Assembly (NCBI GenBank): GCA_907165135.1
Contig: OU015567.1
Coordinates: 9,610,001 to 9,674,000 of the forward strand
Direction of reading: 5' to 3'
DNA from: Oikopleura dioica
Lineage: Eukaryota > Animalia > Chordata
DNA: 64,000 nt
Of the stretch, positions 43,790 to 56,300 are shown piece by piece (position 1 is the first letter of the stretch; each line of letters begins with the position of its first letter). Below the pieces are notes generated by a model. It did not search any database. It saw nothing but the letters and a program-made list of their open reading frames with translations, and had not been told where the DNA came from. The position numbers were made by a program, and so were the translations under genes.

Positions 43790-46700
43790 ATGGGACAAAA
43801 GTCCGCAGAGATCCAAGAGACGAGCTTTGGCATCGACAACGATGCCTTCGTCGGTGATCAAGATGCGATTGCCGTGGACGCCGATGGCAAGCCAAAGTCA
43901 CAAGCAGTTTCGACAAAAGAGCTCTTTCGATTTTGTGGTAAAAGAGAGAAGAACCTCATCTTATTCGGTACAATTGGCGCGATTTTGCATGGAGCCGCGC
44001 TGCCGGTTATGATTATTTTTTACGGACAAATGACGGAGAATTTCGTACAGTGGAACATTTGTGATGAGTTAACAACTGTCCAAACTTGTTTTTATAACCA
44101 AACCGCTATTGATTTTGATGAAGAACGCAAAGACTTACCATATTCAAATGCAACGGATTATTGCTATAACAGAGAAAAAACTTTCGACAATAAACCTTTC
44201 GACGAAAATGATGAAGATGAGCTATCGAGAAGGGATGTCTACCGATCTGGTTGCCAGAAACAAGAATGGATTGATTGGGTAACGAAGTGCAACTACTGTG
44301 GGGCTGAACCTGATGAAGATGATCCAACAAGCAGCTATGTTAAAAAATATTTTTCATGCCAAAGAGTTTATCTTGGAAACGAAGATGTTCCTCCACCGTT
44401 TGATAAAGCATTTATGGACTCTCCACCTGAAGGAGAAACTCGAACAACAAACATTCCACCTCCACCTGATAATAAAACCGTATTTCCACTTACTTGCCCG
44501 ACTTTGACAGGTTCAAATGTCGCAAAAGTTGGAAAGATAATGTTCGATAATAGTTCATTTTGTTCTCATTACGACGCATGGAATTCAGCAGAAAGCTTTT
44601 ACGCTTGTGGCCCAAAACAGGTTGAAGACGCCGTTGCGATCGAGAGCGGAGCGAACTACGACGGCGTCGAATATTCAATTCTCAAGGAAGTTGCTCTAAT
44701 TTGCGGAATCTTCGCCATCATCGCCTGCTGTACCGTTGCTGCTGGTTATGTGCAAGTTATGTGCTACACTCGTGTTGCTACATACCAAGTTCATCTTCTT
44801 CGACAAAAGTTCTTCAAAGCAATCATGCGAATGGAAATCGGATGGTTTGACAAAAATGCTGCTGGAACATTAAATGCTATGTTGGCTGATGACGTCACGA
44901 AAGTCTCTGATGGCATGGGTGATAAATTTGCCATTTTGCTTCAGAAAATTTCCTGCTTCATTTTTGGAATTGTATTTGCTCTACTTCAAGGGTGGCAGTT
45001 GGCCTTGGTAATTATGTGTGTATTACCTTTTATTGTCCTCGGAGCTGGTTTCCTCTCTCGCGCTGTTTCTCAAATGACTGAAAAAGAACTCAAAGCTTAT
45101 GGAAAAGCTGGAGCCGTGGCTGAAGAGGTTCTCAACGCTATCAGAACAGTCAACTCCTTCCATGGACAGGACAAAGAAACAGAAAGATACGACAACAATC
45201 TCGGTGCAGCGCAGGATCAAGGAATTCGAAAAGGAATGGTCAATGGTATCTTCCTTGGTTATTCTTGGTGCATCATCTTCATTTCTTTTGCCATCGCATT
45301 CTCGACCGGTGCGCTCGTATTTGATTACTCTGCGGATAAGATCACTGCTGTCTTTTACTCGATTCTTATGGGTGCCCTTCAACTTTCTCAAGCAGCTCCT
45401 AACATTGAAGCAATTGGTGTCGCGAAAGGTGCGGCTGGCCCTATTTTCAAAATCATTGACAGAAGATCCAAAATTGATCCATTTTCTAAGGAAGGAAAGA
45501 AAATTCCAGCTGCGAATTTCAAGGGCACAATTGAGTTCAAAGGCGTAACTTTTGCCTATCCTACTAGACCCGATGATAACATTTGCAAAAATCTGAATAT
45601 CAAATTCGAGACTGGAAAAACGACCGCTATTGTTGGTCCCTCTGGTATGGGTAAATCTACTGTGGTTCAGCTAATCGAACGATTTTACGATCCTCAACAA
45701 GGTGAAATCACTGTCGATGGTGTTAACCTCAAAGAACTCAATATTGGTTGGTGGAGAGACACTATTGGAGTCGTCGAACAAGAACCACCACTTTTCAACA
45801 CAACTATTTACGAAAACATTAAATACGGTAAACCAGATGCTACTGAGGCCGAAATCTTTGAAGCTGCGAAAGCAGCCAATGCATATAACTTTATCATGGA
45901 CTTGCCCCAGAATTTCCACACAAATGTTGGCGATCGTGGCAATCAACTCTCTGGCGGCCAAAAACAGCGTGTCGCAGTTGCTCGTGCACTTATTCGAAAT
46001 CCAAAGATCTTGCTTTTTGATCAGGCTACTTCCGCACTTGATACAGAGTCTGAAGCTATTGTATTGAACGGTATCTCCAAATACAGAGCTGGAAGAACTA
46101 CAATCATCATCGCTCATCGATTGTCGACCATCAAGGCCGCTGATGTCATCAACGGAATGGAGCATGGAACTGTTGTTGAAAGCGGTACGCACGACGAACT
46201 TATGAAAAAGACTGGTGTTTACTTTTCGCTTGTTACTCTGCAGTCCCAAGATAAGAAGAAAGATGCCGAAGTTGCCAAAAAGGGCATGGCAGAGAGCAAC
46301 GAAAAGGCTAAAGTGGAAGAAATGTCTAGAAAAGACTCTGTCAGAAGATCAAAGAGAAATTCAAGAGCCAACTCCCGTGCGTCCCGGGCTTCAATGCCAA
46401 TGGATCTTGGTTCCTCGGCTGTTGTCGCGAAAGATGCATTTTCAGAAGTTGATGAATTTGATGAAGATAACTTGCCTCCAACAAATAACATGCGAATTCT
46501 TAAGCTATCTGCTCCCGACTGGCCACAGCTACTTTGTGGTTCTATAGCTGCTACGATTAACGGTGCTGTCTTGCCTATTTGTGCTCTCGTCATTTCTTAC
46601 ATTCTTGGATTCCTTGGTGAACCAGATGTAAAAACAAAAACGGATGGTATCAAGAGTGCTTGTTTCTTCTTCCTTGGCTTGGCTGGTGTGAATCTTGTTT

Positions 46701-48620
46701 CTCAATTTTTGCAAGGGTACATGTTCGGCTACTCCGGCGAGCGTCTTACAAGGAAGATGCGAAAAGACGGCTTTCACGCAATCCTTCGACAAGATATCGC
46801 TTTCTTTGATGACCCAAGAAATAACACGTCCGCTCTTGCCACCAAGCTTCAATCTGATGCTGGTATGGTCCAAGCGGCTGCTGGTGGACAACTGGGTATT
46901 CTGTTCAGTTGTTTAGCGACCGTTGTGATTTCTCTTTTCATCGCCTTCGTGAACTACTGGCTTTTGGCAATTGTTGTTCTCGCCTTCTTCCCTCTTACAG
47001 CTTTCACAGGAATGATTCAGGGTAAAATCTGGTCAGGTCAGGCACTCACAGACGGTGACGCGCTCAATGAAGCTGGAAAGATGGTCTCAGAAGCTGTAGA
47101 AATGATCAGGTACCATAAACTTTAAGATAACATCTAACTAAACGTTAAATATAGAACCGTTGCTTCCTTCAACCGGGAACAGATGTTCGACGATCGCTAC
47201 AACAAAGAAATTGAAGCTGTAAGAAATTCCATGTTTTTCTTGACTCATAATAGTTCTAGCCTCTTCATGCTGGTTTGAAACGATCTCACACTTATGGACT
47301 TATGTACGGTGTCTCGCAATCTGTCCTTTTCTTCGCTTTCTCGTGTACATTTGCTTTCGGTGCTTATCTCGTTGGTGGACATGAGCTTGGATACGAACAA
47401 GGTACGAAAAGATATGCTCGACGATGGTCTCAAATAATTTAGTTTTCCGAATCTTCTCCGCAATTATCTTCGGTGGTAACCAGCTTGGTCGAGCAGCTTC
47501 CTCCGCTCCTGACTTTGCTAAAGCGAAAGACTCCGCGGCAAGAATCTTCCGACTTCTCGATCGAATTCCAGCGTACGCTGACCCTTATGATACAAAAGGT
47601 AAATATTTGACCCCTCTTCATATTTAACGGATTCAATCAAGGTGAAACCTGGAACTTCAAGGGCGACATCCACTTCAAGAATCTTCAGTTTACTTACCCT
47701 ACTCGAAAGGATATCCAAGTTCTCAACGTAAGTGTCTGTTGAATTTTTGTTAGGGAAAAATTTGCTTAGGGACTTGATGTTTCCATCAAAGCAGGTCAGA
47801 CACTGGCGCTTGTCGGTCAATCCGGATGTGGTAAATCAACTTGTATGCAGCTCATTCAACGGTAAATTAAACGACAAAGAAATGATTTAGTAAAAGATCA
47901 GATACTACGATACGAATGGCGGCCAAGTGCTCGTTGATGGGCATGATACCACTAAAACGAACACCAAGTTTCTACGATCCAACATTGGTATTGTCGCTCA
48001 AGAACCAACTCTATTTGATGCAACTATCGGCGAGAATATTCGCTATGGCGCTCTTCACAGGAATTTGACGGACGAGGAAGTCATTCAAGCTTCGAAAACA
48101 GCTTCTCTTCATGATTTCGTCAAGGACTTGCCTATGGGATACGATACACCAACTGGTTTGTTTGTGTTGATGAAATCAAAAGCTAAGAATATTTCAGGTG
48201 GTGGAGGAGGAAATCAACTTTCTCGCGGTCAGAAACAAAGAATTGCCATCGCCCGAGCTATTATTCGACAGCCCAAGATTCTTCTTCTTGATGAAGCTAC
48301 TTCTGCACTTGACACAGGTAAGTTATCGAAACTTGATAAGATTCTAAAAGCCAATCTTTAGAGGCCGAAAAAGTCGTCCAAGCCGCGCTGGATCGAGCTC
48401 GAGAAGGAAGAACTTGTATCGTCATTGCTCATAGATTGTCCACTATCCGCTCTGCTGACAAAATCGCTGTCGTCAATAAAGGTAAAGAAATTGAACCTCA
48501 TCAAGAAATAACACTCACCTTTCTTCAGGTCAACTAGTTGAAGCTGGAACTCACGATGAGCTGATGGAACTCCAAGGCGCCTACTACAAACTCATCACCA
48601 TGAATGTTACGCTGTCTTAA
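43790..48620 (+). CDS. ABCB11: Full-length ABCB transporter, ABCB11/BSEP-like, 10 exons
   Basis: TMD-NBD-TMD-NBD layout. NBD1 has [33 protein letters not shown] and AHRLST; NBD2 has [14 protein letters not shown] and [27 protein letters not shown], the non-Glu Walker B and LSRG are traits recalled for ABCB11. Nine GT-AG introns in 47110-48530 were joined in frame. Confidence 0.9.
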
Positions 48621-48672
48621 ATTATTCTTTAAACATTGCTCAATTAGAGTAACCAATTTACCTCTCTTTCCC

Positions 48673-48849
48673 TTAGTGCACTTTTTCTAATTCTGCTTCT
48701 ATTACAGTTTCAAACTCCATCTCATGTACATTATCACAATAAACATACAAAAGAATGCAGCAATGGAGATTCTCTTCCTTGATTTCAAAGTAGTGGCGCT
48801 CTTCAGGCCTATCCAGCTCTTCCAATCGCGTAGGTCCTCCGGCGCTCAT
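48673..48849 (-). CDS. Possible short acidic ORF convergent with the ABC transporter
   Basis: MSAGGPTRLEELDRPEERHYFEIKEENLHCCILLYVYCDNVHEMEFETVIEAELEKVH* has coding-like composition; no family recognised. Confidence 0.3.
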   Translation of the reverse strand: MSAGGPTRLEELDRPEERHYFEIKEENLHCCILLYVYCDNVHEMEFETVIEAELEKVH

Positions 48850-49079
48850 TGGTCCGTGGAAAGCTTTTTCTTTTAGAATTTCACAGCTGCACTTTCTTTC
48901 TTTCTCTGTTAGTAACAGACTTTTTCGGAGATATTTTTTTAAGAGAAATTGCAACTTTCACGATATTTATTATTTTATGAATTAAATTGATATATAAATA
49001 CTGACTGTCAATACTGAATTTCTAATCGAATCTGTGTTTAATTGCCAAAGTTCAATCTTTCTAAAGTTTAGAAGGAGCA

Positions 49080-49549
49080 ATGGGATTTTTCGGAAGCAAA
49101 AAATTCTCGCCAAAGAAATCGACGATGCGTCGAGCACAATCCCTCAACAGCTTGAAAGACCCCATTCAGATGCAACGAGAATTCAATCCAGACCCAAACA
49201 ACGTAATGATGCAACTAAACTTTCCATCGAATAATTGTCTTTCAGCAAAGCTTCAAGATCGGAGAAACGACTGTGAAAGTCAAGGCTGACGGATCCTTGA
49301 CCACTTTGTATAACGAGGCAGATCATAACGTCAAAGAAGTAAGCATACTCATTTCTATACGTCTTTAAAGCTAAAATTTCTAGCAAAACGAGCTTCTTCA
49401 AAAGCAGGTTAACCGACTCGTTCTGGAGCGCGAACTTCTCCTTGGTAAGAAATTATCCGATTCTTCCTCTTTTATCATTTCTATTTCCAGATATGCTCGC
49501 AGAAGTCACCGCCGACTACAAAATGAGCCAGAAATACGGGCCCAAATAA
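49080..49549 (+). CDS. CBY1: Chibby family protein, 4 exons
   Basis: The N-terminus MGFFGSKKFSPKKSTMRRAQSLNSL resembles Chibby MPFFG..FSPKK..RKSASLSNL. The C-terminal coiled coil QNELLQKQVNRLVLERELLL|DMLAEVTAD resembles Chibby's ...LLDMLSESTAE. Confidence 0.8.
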
Positions 49550-49724
49550 GCAAAGAAAAACCTCGCGCTAAAAATTTCCTCAGAAAACGAATTTTCCTCC
49601 ATTTCTACAACTTTTCCTGTTTATTTCCTGCAACCGAGAATTTTGATTTTCCATCTTTATTTTTCCTATTTTTGAATAAACTCTTCTTTTTTACGAAAAT
49701 CATGGATTAATTATGAATTTATAG

Positions 49725-51164
49725 ATGAATCGCTATGTTCGGGCGCAAAATGTTATCAGTATTGCCAAAAGAAGTGTTTTAACCACAACCAGGTTTGTTC
49801 AAAAACTCTCTTTTTGACATGGCGTCTCAATGAAATTCTAGGCTTAATGCCCATCCAAAGAAAGTCCTGCCTAAGAAGGCCTCCTCCATCATCCATCTTG
49901 ATCTTCCACAAATCAAGACAGCCGAAATCACTCCTAAAAAGATGCGAATGGCGCTCAACTACATCCTCGAAAACCTCCTAGTCGACGGTCGGGTGACAGT
50001 TGTCCTCAAAGAAAGCCAAAAACCGCCAGGAATCCTCATCGACGAAAACTTCCTCAAAGAAAACTTAGAGCCCGACGTTTTTAAAAACTACTTCCGTAAT
50101 AAAACATATCTGAAATCAATCGGCATCAGAAGAATTCGTCAGCGCGGGGACTCGTGGAAAAGAGATCAGCGCGGAAAACTCAACGATTTTTACTACCAAA
50201 TTTTCATCCCTTACAAAGATGTGTCGGTGGAGAATAGAAGCAAGTTGGAAGAGTGTCTCAAAACGGCAGGATTGTTGGAAGATTCTGTCTGCGAACATTA
50301 CGCGGATTCGGAAGGAAATCAATTCTCCAAAGAAGTGCTGAGATCCGCGCTAGAATCTAAAAGCCCTCTAGAGCTCATTTGCAAGGGCTACCCGATTAGA
50401 GGAGTAATGGATATGATGAAGTACATGCGTCTTACGGGAACAGGTAATCTATAAAAAAATATTTTCGTCTATTTACAACTATAGTCAAAAATATCACTCA
50501 TTTTTCAGAATTTTCGCATAAATACATCGATGACCCTACTGAAGAGATCTACAGGCCACTTGCCGCGCTAGAATATGCAAAAGGCGAACTTCTCATGGAT
50601 GAAATAGCTCCGGAAGAAAGCGAAAAACGAGCGATGCAAGATTTCATCGGCGACGCAATCTTCCACAAGAATAATTATGGGATCATTCATCAGTTTCTCG
50701 ATTTCATGAAGATCGACATAAAAATTCGAATACACGCTGCTTACAGAAATCGAGGCCAGCTCTCTGAATTGTACAAAGAGAATCCTCACAAACGAGCCCG
50801 GCGATTTATGGCTCAATATTCGCATCTGGTCTTCCCGAATCATTCCTTGAGCCGATTCCTGAACCAGAAAGCGCTGCTCATGGCGGAACTTGCTGAAAGA
50901 AATCGAACAGATCCGCGTGGTTCTGATCCGCTTTTCTGGGAGTACGAGCGGGCCTCGCAGTCGATTGATTACAGAATGAAGAGGAAGCCTATCTTTGAAA
51001 AACTTGATTTGATTGTAAATCCGGCAGTGAATCAAGCGGCGATTAGGTCGTTCGATCAAATTCAAGAGGACACGTTGGGTATTTTGGACGAATACAGCGA
51101 CATTATTGAACGAATTTGGGATGGAGACAGGGTCTCGAAAAATTGGATGTGGGGCGGTTGTTAG
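49725..51164 (+). CDS. Unknown protein, 3 exons, with a basic N-terminus resembling a mitochondrial presequence
   Basis: tttatag|ATG start MNRYVRAQNVISIAKRSVLTTTR|LNAHPKK. ORFs 49942-50454 and 50595-51164 join in frame through ACAG|gtaatc...ttcag|AA. Confidence 0.7.
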
Positions 51165-51686
51165 GGCGCCCCCTCTCGCTCTCAACATCGGCGCGCTCGT
51201 TGTTCACTTTCAAAAACAATTTGGGCTGGATGTTTGAAATATAGGCTCGCGCCAAAGGGAAAAATGTTCAAATTCAGTTAAACTTAGACTCCAGATGTAA
51301 CTTTTTCCGCTGATTCCGAATATATAAAAATTATTTTGAGATTCGGGGCAATTAGCTATTTATAATTGACAGATCACAAAATACACGTTCAAGTAACTAG
51401 CACATTTTGGACGTAATAGTTGCCTATGAATTCGATATTTTTTGCAAACAGGTAGCTTACCACTTCCGAGAACTGTTTTGTTTGGATTACCCGGTGATTT
51501 TTGTTACAGTAGGTCAGAGTGTGCACCCACTGAGATTATGGGGCCTTTCAGGTGCCCCGGGGAGCGCGCAAAGCACTAGCGCACTGCCACTTACACAGTG
51601 TAGTTACACTCAATCATCTAAACACCGCGTCTACCTGATAAAATCCCTAACTAGGCAGCTGGGGTAATCTGAAATATTTTCTTCTG

Positions 51687-52326
51687 AGGTGGGTTTCAAA
51701 ATTACCGGGGCAAAACTACTTTTGCTGTATTTCCGACCAGAGTCATTCAAACCCAGACATTCATATATGAGTCGACTTAGAATTTTATGCTCTTTGTCTG
51801 GAACATTGAAAAAAACTGGAACAAGAAAAAAAAAAATTAATCGAAAATCATCGGTCTTTTTGATCATTTTCCTCCTAGAAGACTCATATTTTCATCATCA
51901 TTTTTCGGTTTTAAATGACGTCACGCGAGTCATGTGACTGAAAATTTGGTATTATAATTATCAGTGGTTTTAGGGCGTTTCAATTAACTATCATCCATCG
52001 AGATTCGATGACATTTTCGAAGCTGGATTTTTCCCGGCGGACGCCGGAAAAATCTTACAATAACCGGTTTCTTTCGCTCAAATAATTTTCTTAACATACC
52101 TGCGATATCTTCGACTACAAATTGACGAAATGCAGAAAGAAAACCGATAATTTGAAGGAAAAACCGATAAAAAATCCGACAATTTTTGAGTTATCGAAAA
52201 GTCCAATGCTCCAGCAAAAGAGCAGAAAATTCTGAGTCGATACATATATAGATGTTTGGGGTTTGTATGACTCTGATCGGAGCTAGAGGGAAAGTAGTTT
52301 TGCCCCGGTAATTTTGAAACCCACCT
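51687..52326. mobile_element. MITE (640 bp) with imperfect inverted arms of about 125 bp
   Basis: AGGTGGGTTTCAAAATTACCGGGGCAAAACTACTTT at 51687 is perfectly inverted at the end of 52326; degenerate pairing continues inward. No TSD found. Confidence 0.75.
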
Positions 52327-52839
52327 GAGTGTTTCTCGGATTTTTCATGAAAAATACCGATTTAAAACTAAGATTATAAAGATATCTAAAAATTATTTGG
52401 ATAATTACATCTATTTCGATAAATCACATATGATATTTTAATCATTTACTTAGAATGGCGACGTGGGGTACTAATTTGTTTATTTCTATGAGGCGAGGAC
52501 CGCCTTCTTGTTGGTGAACAACCGAGCGCCCGTTGTTAACAATCGGCTCCCGTTGCGCACAACTGTCCGCGGAGGGTGGCGCAACATCCAGCCCACCGTT
52601 GTTTTCTCGCGCAAACATCTAGGGCGCGGGGGTTGAAAGCGAGAGGGGGCGCCAAAACAACCGCCGCGCATCCAATTTTTCGAGACCCTGGATGGAGAGC
52701 TTTTCTTTATGAATTATGATATGAAGGAATCTGTTCCTCTCATACGGGTAAGTTCTTTTCGGGAAATTTCCTTTCTGATAAAAAAATTAAGGGCGTCTCA
52801 GATAAAATTGAAAACGGAACAATCGACCTTATCGTTAAA

Positions 52840-55012
52840 ATGGTCAACGCCGTCATCTTTCAAACAAAACTCGATCCACTTTTCGCTGCTGACCAAGAAG
52901 CTACTCTCTTCCACAGCGCCAAGCAATTCATCCGTCCAAAATACAAAACACAATATCTTCTAAAATACTTCGATTACTACAGCATCGATGACGTCCTAGA
53001 CGAAGCAGGGTTGATTTTTACTGGCTCGGAAGTGAGCAATTTCCCGGAGCACAAGTGCTTTGAAGCCGGAGATTCTGTCCAAGAACGAATCGGAAGAATC
53101 TTTGATTATGCATTGAATATCATCATGAATGACGCGAAGGAAAATCCAAATGAAAAGGGAGCGACTTATGTTCCAAGTGAAGACGTTTTCAGACAACTTA
53201 AAGTTCTCAAAGAAGTCGCACTTCCTGTAAAACGGCGACTTCATGGAGTAGACATGGCTGTTGAACAATATTTATTCTTCATATCTGAGTTGCTCGGAAA
53301 ACATATCGAAGAAGAACCAGACGTCACTCTTTCAACCTTAGTCGACTACATAGAACAGTTTTTGGATATTATGCCAGACGCTGTTCATCGCTTTGCTTCA
53401 GAGAATTCTTTCTCTGGTGTCAATATGCTCAACAAGAAGCACTTTAATTCAAAGATTGGGAATATGTTTACGATCGCAAACTCGTATCCTCTTCAGTCCT
53501 TGCTCAGCAATTGGATCGGCGCAGGGGGAGAGGACGAACACAAAACTCGAATGGATCAAGTTCTAGCGCTAGAAAATCAGTACAAACTCAGCCAAATACC
53601 CTCTTCTCTTGGGAAGAACATCGAGAGCCATTACTCCGAAGAGCCAACAGTGAAGATATGGAATTTAATCAAAGGACTGCGAGTAGAAAGAGCCGAGGCG
53701 GAGCTCAAGACCTGGAAAAACTATGGACGAGTAGAACTAGACCTGGAGTTTTTAAGAAGAGTATTTGATCCTAGGAGAAAGAATTTGAAGGTTTTGCATC
53801 TGTTGCAGGATGTTGGCGGTCTGAGCGCAGCTGAAGTTGATTATATAGCAAAAGTGAGTGATTTTCGCGTATCATTCCTTCAAAATAAATTCTAGAGCGA
53901 TGTCTTGCTAACGCGAGCTTCGAAGCTTGCTCGGCCAGAACTCCTCGAGTCATTTTCTTCGACCAAGTCTGAAGATTTTTATTCAAGGGACTTCAACAAC
54001 CTGATGTTCCGATCAAGTCTACCTTCTTCAGGTATTTCATGTAATCAATCACTTAGGTTTTATGTTGATTCTAGCTTCAAACTCTCTTCCTGACGTTTTG
54101 CGAGAGCTAGAAGATGCCCGGGCGAACTCGAGTCTCAAGATGCGCCGCATAAATGGATACATCGCAACTTTGCCTCTTTCTGATTTCGCCTCAACGATCT
54201 CTATACTAAACCCTCGTGAAACTGTGGCTGTTCTCAAAAGTGTTCTTCGAGGAGTCAGAATTGGATGTACCGATAAGATTGCTCCCTACTGGATCGAAAC
54301 GACTACTTCTCATTTAATGGATCAACTGGACAATTCTATGGCATTTGACTTTATCGAAAATATCTGGGAACATTTAGAAAATACAAACTACCAAATTCCG
54401 GTTCCATTGAGAAGACCATCAGGGGATTCATGGCCGGAAGAAATTGTTAAAGCTTGGTTCAAAGCACAGGCTGAAGATAGAATTCGAGTTTTGGACGAAA
54501 GAGATGTCTTTTTAAATCCATCGCCTGGCTCATCTTTATTGGCAAATACAGTCGTAGCGATGCTGGATCAACTTTATGAGGAAAACCCAACGCTTGAGGA
54601 TTATAATTACAAAAATTATAAAAGAAAAGTGGAAGAAAAATGCTTCCCGTGTTCGAATGAAGATATTTCCTCGTGTATGAAAATATTAAATATGAAAGTT
54701 GAGCTAACGAAAACGAGGGATCGAGAAATTCAAGGAAGGAAGCAAATTGGTGGAATCAAGGAAGAAGCCATTGACGACGATAGCATGTGGAAAATGCTCG
54801 ATGAGCTTTCAAATGAAAAACCAGAAGAGGAGACTGATTGGGATATTGAAGAAGATCTTGTGCCTGAATTGAAGAAGGAAGAACAAACTATCAGCATTTG
54901 GGATGAAATCGACAAGAAAAATAGAGAGATCGAAGAAGAGCTAGCTGAAAAGGATTCTTCTACTGACCTTTCTTGGGATGACATTGACAAACTCTTTGCA
55001 AACACTAAATAA
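52840..55012 (+). CDS. Unknown large helical protein with an acidic C-terminus, 3 exons
   Basis: The 351-aa and 316-aa ORFs join through the middle exon SDVLLTRASK...SSLPSS using GCAAAA|gtgagt...ctag| and TCAG|gtattt...ctag|, in frame. Confidence 0.75.
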
Positions 55013-55119
55013 ATTCCCGAACTAACTTAACCAAATGAGAAGAATTTACATATTCCTCAGAGTAAATGTACAGGCATATGCATAGATGAATATCAAAATT
55101 AAATTTTCATCAGCTTTTC

Positions 55120-56300
55120 CTTAAATGCAGTGAAAATATGCAGTACGAAGACACTTGCTTGTCAGGACCATCTGTTGTGCGCCTCTCCTGATTTTTCCCC
55201 TGAGAATTTTTAATCTGCGTATATTTTTTGGGCCAAGGCCAACAACACAGTTTTGTACTTTCATCTTACTGCATTAACTCGATGAAAAGAAGATGGAGCT
55301 TTCAGGGAGCTTTGTTACTTTTCAGTGGAGCTTGACTCGGAAGACAAAAAAGGGGGATCAGTTGAAAGGAAGGATCTTTCCGGAAAGGCCCCGAACCTAA
55401 ATAAATTCGCAAAACACAAAAAGGAAAACTAAATAAATATACACCTACAGAGCAGAAAATGCGCCTATTTAAAAGAACACAACGCCGGTGCCTAACACAA
55501 ACACCGTGTAAGTCAACAGGTGGATAAATAGAAAAAGGGATGAGCCTCAATTAACAGTAGGGATTACACGCGAGGGAGACGGAATTTATTTCAATCAGAA
55601 GAAAAACTCGTCTCGAAAATCAGTTGAATTAGGAGTTCTGTTATAATTCCAGATTATCGATAAATTCTGAACAAGAAACGAGTTTGTTCTGTTCCCGCAA
55701 ATCGATGGAAATTTTCTTTGAAAAATTATTCAAGCACTTGAAGAGACATCAAGCTATCCAGATTTCCAAAGGTAAATCGATTCGATTGCTAGGATATTGA
55801 CTGCTAGAATCTTTTGTCAATATCAACCTGACAATGATATGCTTTGCTAGAAATATTTTTAGCCATGTAATCGAAGGAATAGTTGATTGCATATAAGTAA
55901 GACAGAAAATGCTCGAAGAATAAAAATCCCCTGAGAATTTTGCGCGGAGTATGTGCGTTGGGCCAAGTCCAAAAGCATTTCTCAAGTCAAAAATATTTTC
56001 CAAACGCTGACGCGCGGGCACACGGCCAAGGTGATCTTGAAAACATCGGACAGTAGCATCGGGAATGTGCATACATTATTATCGAATAATATGGCGTGTG
56101 CCTGAAATTTTTGCCAGTCCGTTTGGCTCATCCTTTCTCGGCTGATTAGACTGCTGGGTTTGACAAATGGATTTTCCGGTGCGTCGTAAAGCCGAATTAG
56201 AAGAAAAAAGTTCAGAAAATAATCAATAGTGAATTTAAATTGCCGTATCTGCTCATTCTCTGACTTCATTAGACAATCTTCTTCCAGCTCAGAAAGTTTG
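55120..56300 (-). CDS. Possible unknown multi-exon gene
   Basis: Coding-like ORFs LYDAPENPFVKPSSLISRERMSQTDWQKF and RVPARQRLENIFDLRNAFGLGPTHILRAKFSG, plus a similar GLGPKNIRRLK segment near 55220. Joins unresolved. Confidence 0.3.

Noticed and set aside
45023-46916. Several overlapping alternative-frame and antisense ORFs within the ABC transporter
   Set aside because: These are expected by-products of a long coding exon, with no independent support.
43790-48620. ABC transporter as a pseudogene because of the Walker-B E-to-Q change
   Set aside because: The frame is intact across all 10 exons, the second site is canonical, and the LSRGQ change maps to the same composite site, as in functional ABCB11.
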